Shown one piece after another: positions 19,126 through 28,576 of a DNA stretch of 64,000 nt (positions within the stretch are counted from its first letter, which is position 1; each line of letters opens with the position of its first letter). The notes under the pieces were generated by a model. It worked only from the letters and a program-made list of their open reading frames with translations. It was not told where the DNA came from and did no database searches. The translations under genes and the position numbers were made by a program. The stretch is taken from the sequence record NC_091964.1. One strand, 5' to 3'.

Positions 19126-19286
19126 TCTTCTAACCATGAACGACTACGGTTCTGGAGATCAACTTATTTTTGGTCTAAGGGAGCCTCCTCCCAAAAGTGC
19201 TGTTTGGTATACACGACTCGATTAGTCAGTATACTAAACCGTACTTTGGCTAAAGGAGGTTTCTTGTAATTAAAAGATAGGTTAAG

Positions 19287-19304
19287 TATATATTACCATA
19301 GTGA
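19287..19304 (+). promoter_or_regulatory. Early-type phage promoter
   Basis: TATATATTACCATAGTGA. Confidence 0.7.
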
Positions 19305-19342
19305 GCACTATCTGCTCAATTCATTAACTAATGGAGTTTGAA

Positions 19343-20128
19343 ATGGAACGTAAGATCAAGCTGTTTAATATCAATGAGACTGGTAAAGGTCTGTCTAAAG
19401 AAAATCGCGAGTTCTGGGCTAGCGAACTTCGGACCGTAGTCGAAGAAAAGAAATTCGCCAACGATAACATGACGCTGGAAATTAAGTTGGTGCGACTCGA
19501 AAATATGGACGAAAAGAAAGGTCCGATCTTCGGGCTATCCATGGACTTAGTTACTAACGGTTATAGTGCTCGCTACGTCAGTAACTCTTACGTTGACAAA
19601 CGTTTTACTAAGGAGCTGAGTCAAGCTATCGGTAATGTCGATAAAAGCAATCTGATTAACCTTACCGAGCAATTCATCTTCTGCGACCATAATGGTAATG
19701 AGATCGAATTCGAACGTCAGATCTTCTCTCTTTTCGACGTACCCGAAGAGAAGAAAGAAGACCGTTCTGGGTTTGATCGTGCAGTGCCTCGGGCAGAACG
19801 TCAGCGTCGTGAAGCTACGGGTGATCGCAACAATCGCCCCGGTCGCTATCGCCATCGCGAAGATGACAAAGTATCACGCGAAGAAGATCATGACTATCGC
19901 GGCCGGTTCGGTCATCGTAATTCAGAAGATCATCGTCGCAATGTTGTATCCAGCCAGGAGATCGCTAAACATCTGCTGAAGCCTGTCCTGGGTTACGACT
20001 GCACTCGTTCTTTCTTCCGGGAGAACGAAGTAGTTGGCGAGATCGATACTCTCGGCGCGAAATTCGACCGCGCAGATGGCGGCCAGGTTATTACCCTGGT
20101 TGTTCAGATCAAGATCGAAGACATTTAA
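19343..20128 (+). CDS. Early protein with central Arg/Asp/Glu-rich low-complexity tract
   Basis: Promoter at 19287; tract EEKKEDR...RREATGDRNNRPGRYRHREDD...EDHRR. Confidence 0.6.
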   Translation: MERKIKLFNINETGKGLSKENREFWASELRTVVEEKKFANDNMTLEIKLVRLENMDEKKGPIFGLSMDLVTNGYSARYVSNSYVDKRFTKELSQAIGNVDKSNLINLTEQFIFCDHNGNEIEFERQIFSLFDVPEEKKEDRSGFDRAVPRAERQRREATGDRNNRPGRYRHREDDKVSREEDHDYRGRFGHRNSEDHRRNVVSSQEIAKHLLKPVLGYDCTRSFFRENEVVGEIDTLGAKFDRADGGQVITLVVQIKIEDI

Positions 20129-20152
20129 TTTAATTTACTAGAGGATACTAGA

Positions 20153-20605
20153 ATGGAAAACCAAGAAATGAACTTTGAGCATGTACTGACCCGTAAATTC
20201 ACTTTCGGCGACGCTTCTATCATTTACACTGACAATGGTAATAAGCGTAAAGCTGAACTGCGTTACAAAGGTCAACGCATGGCTCAATGGGAAGGAGATG
20301 ATAACAACAAGTGGATTGCTTCCGCACTGTGCGACTTCGCTCGCCAGCTGCGTACCAAATCTTTTACTGGCCATACCAACTACGCCATCTTCTGTTGCAT
20401 TGGTTATGCAATGGCTGAGAAAAACGTTGGTCGCTATTGGCATGAATATAATAACCCGAACGAGATCCAGGCAGCTATTGCAACCTGTCAGGCACGTACT
20501 AGCCGTCTGTTCAAAGTACCGGGTAATAAATTACAAGATTATAATAAACCGGTCGCGGCTGCAATGCAGACCGTCGGCCAGCAGACACCTGCACAACTTC
20601 ACTAA
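20153..20605 (+). CDS. Hypothetical protein (150 aa)
   Basis: SD GAGGA; downstream terminator-like hairpin. Confidence 0.6.
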   Translation: MENQEMNFEHVLTRKFTFGDASIIYTDNGNKRKAELRYKGQRMAQWEGDDNNKWIASALCDFARQLRTKSFTGHTNYAIFCCIGYAMAEKNVGRYWHEYNNPNEIQAAIATCQARTSRLFKVPGNKLQDYNKPVAAAMQTVGQQTPAQLH

Positions 20606-20685
20606 TCCAGTTTCGCCCTGTCGTGAGGCAGGGCTTTTAACAGTTATACGCAAAGTTGCTATCACATTCGTTTTAGGGGTTATAA

Positions 20686-21393
20686 ATGAACAAACAAGAA
20701 GTCGGGTCTATTTTGCCAAATCAAGCATGGATGTTTGATGGACTTGTCACTGACTCCGAAGGAGCAGAAGTCGGTATTCACCTCATTATGGAAGTCGAAG
20801 GAAAAGCCCCAGCCTATAAGGTGGTATTCCCCGACTATGAATTACTGGCTCCGGTTGGACTACGCACTTATAAGCCAATCGCCGCTATACCACCAAATGA
20901 ACTTAGCCTGAAGGGGAATTTCACCACAATACCAGGAACCATCGTAGCACAATTTGCTGACGGCACGGACCTGACCGCATTGGTATTACTCAATGAGGAT
21001 TCCGGCCTCAGCCCAACTGAACCCCCAATCGGGACCATCGCTATCAGAAATAACTCTAGTGTAACCGGTTCGGTCCGCTGGATTTATTCTGAACCTAAAC
21101 CCTGGCATGAGGTATTCGCTGAATACTTAAACCTCATTGCCTTTAAGACAAAAGGTAGGGAAAGTAGTATGTTTAACGAATCACGCGCAAAACCACGGGA
21201 AGTATGTGTTGACCGGCCGCGTGCTGATGACCCTATGCAGCAGAAAGCTATGGCGGCTAAAGAAATGATCGAGTCTTTCTTCGGGAACGGGGACTTTGTA
21301 CTCAACCTCAATCTGGAAGGACGTACTCTCGCAAATGGTGATCGGGAGCTCACCGGCGGTTTTACTTTCACGATTAAAGGTGAAAGCGAATAA
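20686..21393 (+). CDS. Hypothetical protein (235 aa)
   Basis: SD AGGGG; co-oriented with neighbours. Confidence 0.55.
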   Translation: MNKQEVGSILPNQAWMFDGLVTDSEGAEVGIHLIMEVEGKAPAYKVVFPDYELLAPVGLRTYKPIAAIPPNELSLKGNFTTIPGTIVAQFADGTDLTALVLLNEDSGLSPTEPPIGTIAIRNNSSVTGSVRWIYSEPKPWHEVFAEYLNLIAFKTKGRESSMFNESRAKPREVCVDRPRADDPMQQKAMAAKEMIESFFGNGDFVLNLNLEGRTLANGDRELTGGFTFTIKGESE

Positions 21394-21398
21394 GTTAC

Positions 21399-21599
21399 AT
21401 GTTCAGTAAAGAAGAACTTCATCCAGATGCACTTTTGGATATGCTGACCCGCCCTCGGGAGGCTGGAATACCACTTGTAATCTGCCTCCCGGACAACACT
21501 CACATTGAGGAATACTCAGAAAATGGAAGAAGAACTCATGTTCAACATCGACGCGATCAATCCGCATCAACCGAAAGCAGTAGTGTACAGCAGCGATAA
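21399..21599 (+). CDS. Hypothetical protein (66 aa)
   Basis: Starts 6 nt after previous stop; 3-prime end overlaps next gene. Confidence 0.4.
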   Translation: MFSKEELHPDALLDMLTRPREAGIPLVICLPDNTHIEEYSENGRRTHVQHRRDQSASTESSSVQQR

Positions 21600-22020
21600 C
21601 AAGGAGCGTTGCGTAATACAGCTCGGTCGATCTATCCACTTGTGGCATATCGATCTGGTGCTGGCAGCCTATCGTCTCTATTGGACTGGCGAAGGTAAAC
21701 GCGATGCTTCCCTGAACGAAGAGGATGGTATTACTTACATAGCACCACCTGGTGTTAAAGATACTTCGAAAGATATGGCCACGCTTGCAAAGCGGATTAT
21801 AAATGCAGTTTGTCGGAATGGTCGCTACGACCAACCAAACCTTCTGCGTAAAATAAACGATGGTCGTTATATCCTTTTGAAACGAGACTTTAAGAAAGAC
21901 GTTGAGATTTATGTAAGCGGCGGATATGAGAAGCCCTACTTCTTTGTCCGCCGTATAGACTCTGCTGACGTTATTCAAAACTTCAACAGATTCGAAGATG
22001 CTATGGCATACAGCCACTAA
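21523..22020 (+). CDS. Hypothetical protein (about 165 aa)
   Basis: ATG 21523 (or 21538) after GAGGA. Confidence 0.55.
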   Translation: MEEELMFNIDAINPHQPKAVVYSSDNKERCVIQLGRSIHLWHIDLVLAAYRLYWTGEGKRDASLNEEDGITYIAPPGVKDTSKDMATLAKRIINAVCRNGRYDQPNLLRKINDGRYILLKRDFKKDVEIYVSGGYEKPYFFVRRIDSADVIQNFNRFEDAMAYSH

Positions 22021-22054
22021 ATAAACTTTACTAGAATTTCTAGGAGAATACGAA

Positions 22055-22393
22055 ATGAAAGACGCTACCCCTATGGTCCGCCCTCTGGCTGATTCAGAGA
22101 TTCAGATTAAAATGAATCGCCGTGAAGTGAAACGCGCATTTGACTACCTGACTGAAAAGTTAGCAGGTAAGATCAAACCGACCGTTGTGCTCGACACCAA
22201 TAACTATAGAACTTTCTTCAGCCACTTCACTGGCAAGGAGTATCGTTACGAACTCACTTGGAATGAAGCATTACGTCTTCACTCCTATTTGCGTTTCTAT
22301 ATCGAGCGAGATAAGAAGAATAAGATCTCTATCTCAATGTCACAGATCCGCAACTTCCCAATTTATGGTTTAAACGTCGTCAAGGAGTTTTAA
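22055..22393 (+). CDS. Hypothetical protein (112 aa)
   Basis: SD AGGAG. Confidence 0.6.
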   Translation: MKDATPMVRPLADSEIQIKMNRREVKRAFDYLTEKLAGKIKPTVVLDTNNYRTFFSHFTGKEYRYELTWNEALRLHSYLRFYIERDKKNKISISMSQIRNFPIYGLNVVKEF

Positions 22394-22394
22394 A

Positions 22395-22760
22395 ATGACC
22401 ACCGCTAAAAAAGCACCACCATTCGCTGCCCAATTAAAGCTTGCTAAGTTAGCCGCAATTGCAGCTGGCGGTAGCGCAGAGAATGTCGAAGAAGATTTTG
22501 ATAACTGGATCAGTATCCGTACTAATCCAGACGAAGGGGAATTAGCAATGTACTTAGCCCAGTACATCGCAACTGCTCAGCCAATTCCTCGTCCTGAGTT
22601 CCGTATGTCGTATTCGGAGTACGCTAACCTTACGTCTTTCCTTCCATCGAAAGGAGGTCGTGGTACAGTAGTCGCTCTGAAAAGAAACGAGAATAACGAT
22701 CTTCTGTTCGCCCTTGAAGGCGACACAAACATCACTCGCTTCGGTCAGCCGGAAGAATAG
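22395..22760 (+). CDS. Hypothetical protein (121 aa)
   Basis: SD AGGAG; followed by terminator. Confidence 0.6.
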   Translation: MTTAKKAPPFAAQLKLAKLAAIAAGGSAENVEEDFDNWISIRTNPDEGELAMYLAQYIATAQPIPRPEFRMSYSEYANLTSFLPSKGGRGTVVALKRNENNDLLFALEGDTNITRFGQPEE

Positions 22761-22863
22761 TTAAACCATGCTGTAAAAATTAAAGGAAAGAGGATGTTCG
22801 CGCATCCTCTTTTTTTACTCTCGCGACGAATATAATGACCACTTATAAGAGGAAATAATAAGA

Positions 22864-23583
22864 ATGTTCTCCGGTAATGATTTTCCAAAGTATCTGCGCA
22901 GTACTCCAATCTTAATGGAGAAGGATCATCCTTTTGCGCTGATGGAACCGAACTCAGGTAATCAGATTTTGCCTGAGCAATACAACACAGTTCTTTCACC
23001 TCGCCAACGTAAAGTAATCTCCGACCTGCAAATCTCCATTCGCGGTTGCGATACTTACGGTCAGCTTATTGACGTGCTGGAAAAACTGCGCGCTGATAAA
23101 CCGGATGCTGTCGGTGAGGTTCTTCATCGTCTTCTTGAAGATGAAGATGGTAATTTTAACCTGGGCATGCAACTCGTACTGATTGGTGCGAAAGAAGACT
23201 TCGAAATCTTCTTAGCCACTGCTTTCAAGGTTAAGTTCGATCCGGAACTGTTCCAGGATATTTACCTGGACGAAGAGAGCCAGGAGGTCGATGATCTCAC
23301 CATGCTCTCGGTAACTGCTACTAATGCCATGACGATGTTAGTGCAGAACTGCGATATCGAAAACCCGTTGGTTATCATGGGTATCGAAGCTCAGTTGTCA
23401 GTACACGACGTAATCAACGAACAACGTTGGGCAGGCGTCAAGTGCGAACTCCTGGGCGGTATCCCGGCCGTTATTGTAATGCGTCGCTGGGGATTGTTAA
23501 ACAGCACCACTATTGTTGAACACGGCGTAGATGAAAACGCCATCTTCAGCGATCTGGTAGAAAGTCTTCTGGAAGGTAAGTAA
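22864..23583 (+). CDS. Hypothetical acidic protein (239 aa)
   Basis: SD GAGGA; abuts next gene (TAA ATG). Confidence 0.6.
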   Translation: MFSGNDFPKYLRSTPILMEKDHPFALMEPNSGNQILPEQYNTVLSPRQRKVISDLQISIRGCDTYGQLIDVLEKLRADKPDAVGEVLHRLLEDEDGNFNLGMQLVLIGAKEDFEIFLATAFKVKFDPELFQDIYLDEESQEVDDLTMLSVTATNAMTMLVQNCDIENPLVIMGIEAQLSVHDVINEQRWAGVKCELLGGIPAVIVMRRWGLLNSTTIVEHGVDENAIFSDLVESLLEGK

Positions 23584-24069
23584 ATGAGCGAAATAAAGAA
23601 AGAGATCCTCGATGATATCGAGATCATTCTTGGTGACAACGTAGCTATTGTCGACGACTCTAGTTACATTTGGGACGGGGAACACCATCGTGCGCCGATG
23701 GAGCAGGAAGCAACTGCTAAAGACCAAACTCCCATCTTTGTCATGCTGCCGTTTATGATCAAACAGCTCGAGCGTCCCGAAGTTGAATTGATCATTATTG
23801 ACGGCACCGAAGACCGCTTCCAGATCGCAGCTAAGACTGCGGATGGGATCGAGATCTTCACCGCTCACGACATTGCCTTCACGCAACGTCTAGCTGGGGA
23901 AAAAATAAAGACCAATTTGGCTCTTTATTTCAAGACTTATTATTTGCTAAGGTATTATCTCCTTGGCGGTAGTAAAAAATACGCAGTAACAAAACTAAAT
24001 GAGGGCTTTGTGGTTTACGCCAGCGATCCGGAAAAACCGGTTGTCTGGGCGGGACACAAAGTTTACTAA
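23584..24069 (+). CDS. Hypothetical protein (161 aa)
   Basis: Translationally coupled to previous gene. Confidence 0.6.
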   Translation: MSEIKKEILDDIEIILGDNVAIVDDSSYIWDGEHHRAPMEQEATAKDQTPIFVMLPFMIKQLERPEVELIIIDGTEDRFQIAAKTADGIEIFTAHDIAFTQRLAGEKIKTNLALYFKTYYLLRYYLLGGSKKYAVTKLNEGFVVYASDPEKPVVWAGHKVY

Positions 24070-24135
24070 GCTCTCTAAATCCCCAGCCAATGGAGCAGGT
24101 AGCGTAGCCTGCTCCAGTAACAGAGGACGAAAAGA

Positions 24136-24795
24136 ATGAACCTTAAATGGTTTTTATTACCCGTATTGCTTGTAATGAGCTTCGGGATTTTGGCTTCAAC
24201 CAGCACCTCGACTGTTAAGTTTAACGAGAAGGGATGGAACAAGCACCGTAACGCTATCACAAGCGCTGCATACCGTACCAATCAACCTGTCGATGCCTTG
24301 GCTGCATTTGCCAGTATCGAAACAACCATGGGGTTATCCAAAGACAGAAAAGGTTTGTTCCAATTCGTCGATCGTACCTGGCGTGATCAGGTTAAGCGAA
24401 ATGGAAAGAAGTATGGGATTCGTATAGGAACACCGCAGACCAATGCACGTGCTAATGCACTCATGGCTGCCGAGTATATGCGAGAGAATCGAGAATACCT
24501 CGAACGCAAGCTCGGGCGAACAGTATCCCTATCCGAAATCTATATGGCGCATATGCTAGGAACATATGGCGCAGAAAAAATGCTGAAAGCTTCCAACGGA
24601 AAGCTAGCTAAAAATATCGTCCGCCCAGGCGGTAACAAAGCCTTCTTCTTTACGAAAGGAAAGGCTAGAACCGTCGGCCAATTTAAACAGTATATGGAGG
24701 CGTATGTAGAAAGACATGCGTCTACGTATCGACTAACCGCAGTGGCCTACATGGACACGCGTTTCGAATCTACCACACAGTTGGCAATGCGCTAA
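24136..24795 (+). CDS. SLT-family lytic transglycosylase with N-terminal signal/anchor sequence
   Basis: ASIET (catalytic Glu), GLFQF...TW, ANALMAAEY, YMAHMLGTYGA; hydrophobic N-terminus MNLKWFLLPVLLVMSFGILA. Confidence 0.8.
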   Translation: MNLKWFLLPVLLVMSFGILASTSTSTVKFNEKGWNKHRNAITSAAYRTNQPVDALAAFASIETTMGLSKDRKGLFQFVDRTWRDQVKRNGKKYGIRIGTPQTNARANALMAAEYMRENREYLERKLGRTVSLSEIYMAHMLGTYGAEKMLKASNGKLAKNIVRPGGNKAFFFTKGKARTVGQFKQYMEAYVERHASTYRLTAVAYMDTRFESTTQLAMR

Positions 24796-24850
24796 CTATT
24801 TTTGAAAAGGGGCCTTGGAGCCCCTTAACTTTAGTTGTCAAGGACTAGCG

Positions 24851-25348
24851 ATGAAAAAGAACTTTTTAGGTGTAGTAGTAGCATCTGTTTTATCTTTAAC
24901 CGCTTTCAACGCATCAGCGCAACAAGTTCAGATGAACGAATGGACACGTGCTGAAAAAGGCGACTCGTTAATCGTATTAAACGTTAACCGCCAGCACGAC
25001 ATCCTCTCAGTAAACTGCCAGGCCGGGGACACATGGATCTCCATCGAAACAAGCCTTGGTCAGTTAGTCTACCCGGACCCTGATGCACGTCCGGGAGATG
25101 ATTCCTTGTCATTAGAGTTATTAGTCGTAACGAAAGACGGAACCCTCGTCCGTTGGACTAAAGACGACCTCGACTTTACCAAACCGAACGGGGCTGGACA
25201 ACAGCGCGCCCAGATCCTGTTCGACTCTTTACACGAGGCCAAGAAAGTAGAAGCATTACTCGGTGGCGAAATCGTCATCCCATTTGAGGGCGCACCTTCT
25301 AAAGCGTTTCCTAAATTCAAAGAAGTTGTAGGCTTTTGTAAAGCATAA
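24851..25348 (+). CDS. Exported protein with Sec signal peptide
   Basis: MKKNFLGVVVASVLSLTAFNASA-Q has n/h/c regions and an AxA site; SD AGGA. Confidence 0.7.
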   Translation: MKKNFLGVVVASVLSLTAFNASAQQVQMNEWTRAEKGDSLIVLNVNRQHDILSVNCQAGDTWISIETSLGQLVYPDPDARPGDDSLSLELLVVTKDGTLVRWTKDDLDFTKPNGAGQQRAQILFDSLHEAKKVEALLGGEIVIPFEGAPSKAFPKFKEVVGFCKA

Positions 25349-25362
25349 ACTGGAGCTGTATA

Positions 25363-26046
25363 ATGACAGAACCGAATTCAAACCCTACCGATACATTCGA
25401 GGTCCCTGGAAGATATCTTAATATCAACTCCATTGAAATCCGTCCCGCTGACATCTGTGCCTTGGTCGAGAAACCGATCAACTTTGTTCAACCGGCTAGC
25501 GACCGTTTCCGCGTAACTGATCTTACGCACCACGACCGTTGGCGTCCCTACCGGCTGAGCATTAATAAGGTGCAGCATCTGGTATTGTTCAATAAAACGT
25601 TTGCGGCAGATAAGAAGGCAGTTGATTATTACATCACTCTTCTGCAACGCTGCGTTTCACTTGCCATCTCAGATGATGCAAAGTCCCCTGGACGTTTGCG
25701 TATCGAAACAGATCCCGGACTCATTACCGGTGCTAAGGTTCAGAGTCCTCGTCTGATGGAGTTCTCAACGTTCTGTGATCTGTTGAGCAACGAACTTAAC
25801 TTCGACCGTAATCGCCACCGCGTGATCGTTTCGTTGTTACATTCTTTCGGTGTGAAACTGCAAACTCATGTAGAGAACGCAGTTATCGCTAAATTCCCTA
25901 AACTGGAGACAACGACTAAATCCCAGTCAAAAAATAATCCAACCGGTAATCATTTGAAGAACACTCCGCCAAAATCTGAAGCTCCCCCGCACCAGACAGT
26001 TATGGCGGCCGCGTTGCAAGAAGCGCAGGACAAACAAAAATCGTAA
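25363..26046 (+). CDS. Hypothetical protein (227 aa)
   Basis: SD GGAG; low-complexity tail; terminator downstream. Confidence 0.6.
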   Translation: MTEPNSNPTDTFEVPGRYLNINSIEIRPADICALVEKPINFVQPASDRFRVTDLTHHDRWRPYRLSINKVQHLVLFNKTFAADKKAVDYYITLLQRCVSLAISDDAKSPGRLRIETDPGLITGAKVQSPRLMEFSTFCDLLSNELNFDRNRHRVIVSLLHSFGVKLQTHVENAVIAKFPKLETTTKSQSKNNPTGNHLKNTPPKSEAPPHQTVMAAALQEAQDKQKS

Positions 26047-26105
26047 TGGCGTTGGGGGCTTCGTGCCCCCAATTTTTTTGCTTGGTCTGAAAAGGAAAAG
26101 AAAAG

Positions 26106-26678
26106 ATGAACGTAGAAGACGAAATCTGTCTGTTTGTTCGCCTTCCGGTGTTCACCATCGGGAAACTGGCGGATATGCCATACCAGCTTATGGTACAAGG
26201 AGATCTGAACACGACGTCCGCTAATGGCCTGCGTGTAACTAACCGCGTGCGAATGACTCAGTCATCTGATGATAACAAAGTCTTCACCACCGCAACGAAG
26301 TTCCGTTTACCGCGTAAGTCAGGTAGCGTAAGTACTCAGGCTCCTCAGGTCGAGTTTGAGATCAACGAAGAGGACTTTAACACGGTAATGGGTGCGTGTG
26401 AATCCCGTTACGTTAAACGTCGGTATAGCGTAAAGATCCCTTCCGGCGTTACGGTTGAGATTGACCGCTATATGGAAAAGAATAACGACTTCTCTAAGTT
26501 TGCTAAAATCGATATTGAGAAAGCAGACGAGGCGATGCTCGATATTTACCTGGCAGAACTCAAAGAGATCGGGCTGCACGTCGGCGCGATTATCAACCCA
26601 CCTGGCGTAGAGAGCCAGGAAATAAAAGAACAGATTGACGAGCTCATGGGCCGTCAGTGGAATTTAGTATCTAATTAA
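26106..26678 (+). CDS. CYTH-like (triphosphate tunnel metalloenzyme) protein
   Basis: N-terminal ExE strand (EDEICLF), RVR, TKF, EFE, KRRY, VEID, DIE pattern. Confidence 0.6.
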   Translation: MNVEDEICLFVRLPVFTIGKLADMPYQLMVQGDLNTTSANGLRVTNRVRMTQSSDDNKVFTTATKFRLPRKSGSVSTQAPQVEFEINEEDFNTVMGACESRYVKRRYSVKIPSGVTVEIDRYMEKNNDFSKFAKIDIEKADEAMLDIYLAELKEIGLHVGAIINPPGVESQEIKEQIDELMGRQWNLVSN

Positions 26679-26710
26679 TCTCCTGTTTATAACAGTCTAA
26701 GGAGCCTTAA

Positions 26711-27247
26711 ATGGCATCTGTCATTTGTGAAGAAGTAGTTTGTCCGTGCTGTAAAGTTGAACGTCCTGTTAAAGAAGTTGTTTGCGTGGACGAAAAGGCT
26801 AACTACTGGCAGTGCAAGATTTGTATCATGCTTGCAAAAGATCCTACCGTACCTGGTAAACCAAAAACAAAAGCTGAGATCGAAGAGTTCAAAGAAGCCG
26901 TCACGGCTCGTAAACTTGGTATGAATCGACCTAAGCCAAAAGTAGAGGTAACCTCTGCGACTTGTCCTGGTTGTCTTAAGACTTTGGATATCGTGGAATT
27001 TAAGGGTGTGGGAGGCAGGGTATTCTCTCACTGCAATTGTTGCAGAGATAATAATATTAAAATAGGTGATGAGCGCGCCAAGCAGCTTCTTGGTGGCGGA
27101 CTGTTCTCTGGGGTATCTCTTACACTGGGTCGTTGTATTCAGTGCGGTCATACTGGGCAGATTACTACAGACTTCCCGGTTGACACAAAAGAACCTACAG
27201 GTTATAAGCGCTACTGTCTCAAGAAGTGCGCCGGTCGCCGGAGATAA
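26711..27247 (+). CDS. Multi-zinc-ribbon protein (178 aa)
   Basis: CPCC/CKIC, CPGC/CNCC, CIQC/CLKKC pairs; SD GGAG. Confidence 0.65.
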   Translation: MASVICEEVVCPCCKVERPVKEVVCVDEKANYWQCKICIMLAKDPTVPGKPKTKAEIEEFKEAVTARKLGMNRPKPKVEVTSATCPGCLKTLDIVEFKGVGGRVFSHCNCCRDNNIKIGDERAKQLLGGGLFSGVSLTLGRCIQCGHTGQITTDFPVDTKEPTGYKRYCLKKCAGRRR

Positions 27248-27251
27248 GCCA

Positions 27252-27692
27252 ATGAAAGTTAACGTTGAATTAGTCGATGGTAAAATCGATAAGATAGAGT
27301 TGATCAAGGACGGTGTAGCTCTCTTCACGGTAACTCGCTGGCAGCAGGAAGGTCTGGGATTAGTAGCTTACAACGGAACAAGCTTAGACCTTTACTACAT
27401 CTATCGTCATGAAGTTGCGAGAGCGCAAGAAAAGCGTTTCCGCTATGGCTTGGACGTGATAGCCAGCCGTTTATTAAAATACCACGGCCTGACATTCAAA
27501 GGGCTATTTTGGGGTATACCAGTTTCAACAGAATATCTAAACGACCTATGGTACGGATTAGGTAATACGTTAATAATGTCTAACACAGGTGTTCTATCGG
27601 ATTCTCTAAAGGATGCGATGATAAGAACCAAGTGCGCTGACGCATTGACTGACGATCTATTGACCAAGGTTAGGTTGTACGTTAATTATTGA
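27252..27692 (+). CDS. Hypothetical protein (146 aa)
   Basis: ATG 27252 with SD GGAG; the track extension to 27066 overlaps the zinc-ribbon gene. Confidence 0.55.
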   Translation: MKVNVELVDGKIDKIELIKDGVALFTVTRWQQEGLGLVAYNGTSLDLYYIYRHEVARAQEKRFRYGLDVIASRLLKYHGLTFKGLFWGIPVSTEYLNDLWYGLGNTLIMSNTGVLSDSLKDAMIRTKCADALTDDLLTKVRLYVNY

Positions 27693-27696
27693 GGAA

Positions 27697-27737
27697 ACAG
27701 CAAAAAGAAGGGCCCGAAGGCCCTTCTTTTTTTTTTG
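27697..27737. terminator. Bidirectional terminator, copy 1 of an identical 41-bp repeat
   Basis: ACAGCAAAAAGAAGGGCCCGAAGGCCCTTCTTTTTTTTTTG between convergent genes. Confidence 0.85.
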
Positions 27738-27739
27738 TC

Positions 27740-28576
27740 TTAACGTGACTGTCCGGCTATCAAGCCGCGCAAAAAGGTCTGGTGACGCGCACCATCGTTC
27801 ATAGCGTTTACTGCCTGGATAACTTCATCGCGGTAATCGACGTAGTTATCGTTAGCGTCAGCATACCCATCGATGATCTGTTGAATACGACTTAGCTCTG
27901 CCCCACCATAGAGGTAGCCGCTATCGAGATCAATGATAGTGTTAGACCACACCCATGCCTTAGCAGCCATTACAGCGTAGCGACTGAGATGGAAGATTGC
28001 TGCTCCATTCCAGTTACTGAGCTCTTCGTCCTGCCCAACGCGAACGGTAAGCGACCCCTGTTGCACCTTACCCATGTAGTCGTTAATTACAACGACGTTC
28101 TCACCAATCAACTCCACGTTAGCGGAGCTATTGATAGGAGCAGGAGAAGCAGCACGTAAGATCTGTTGAGCCGCACCCATCATCGGAGAGTTACCACAGC
28201 TCTGGATGTTATAGGACGATGTCTGCCATCCGTTGTTTAAATCCGCAGCCACTGTATTGAACCAGTAGTTAAATGCAATGACCTGAGAAATAGGACGACC
28301 TTTGGTCAATGACTTAGGGACACGGAGCACCGTTCGATAATCCTGGTTCTCGAGGAACTGAACTTCAGCGTGCCGTAAAGGAACGTTAATAGTCTCAGCG
28401 CCCAAGATAGAAAGATCCACACGGATACGTGCATCAATAACCTTGTTACGGATTTCCCAATCCAGATCACCCGCGTACTTATGGTTACGACCTTTACGCT
28501 TCATGAAAGCGACTTCGAGAACTGGCGGTGGGATAGCCTGCTTAATCTCGAAGATTAATTTATCTATTACCGACAT
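27740..28576 (-). CDS. Conserved phiKZ-like protein, probable virion component (278 aa)
   Basis: SD GGAGG; divergent from phuZ as in phiKZ-like phages. Confidence 0.55.
   Translation of the reverse strand: MSVIDKLIFEIKQAIPPPVLEVAFMKRKGRNHKYAGDLDWEIRNKVIDARIRVDLSILGAETINVPLRHAEVQFLENQDYRTVLRVPKSLTKGRPISQVIAFNYWFNTVAADLNNGWQTSSYNIQSCGNSPMMGAAQQILRAASPAPINSSANVELIGENVVVINDYMGKVQQGSLTVRVGQDEELSNWNGAAIFHLSRYAVMAAKAWVWSNTIIDLDSGYLYGGAELSRIQQIIDGYADANDNYVDYRDEVIQAVNAMNDGARHQTFLRGLIAGQSR

Noticed and set aside
19137-19226. 29-aa ORF running into the long hairpin
   Set aside because: No SD; most of it lies in the stem, which is better explained as RNA structure.
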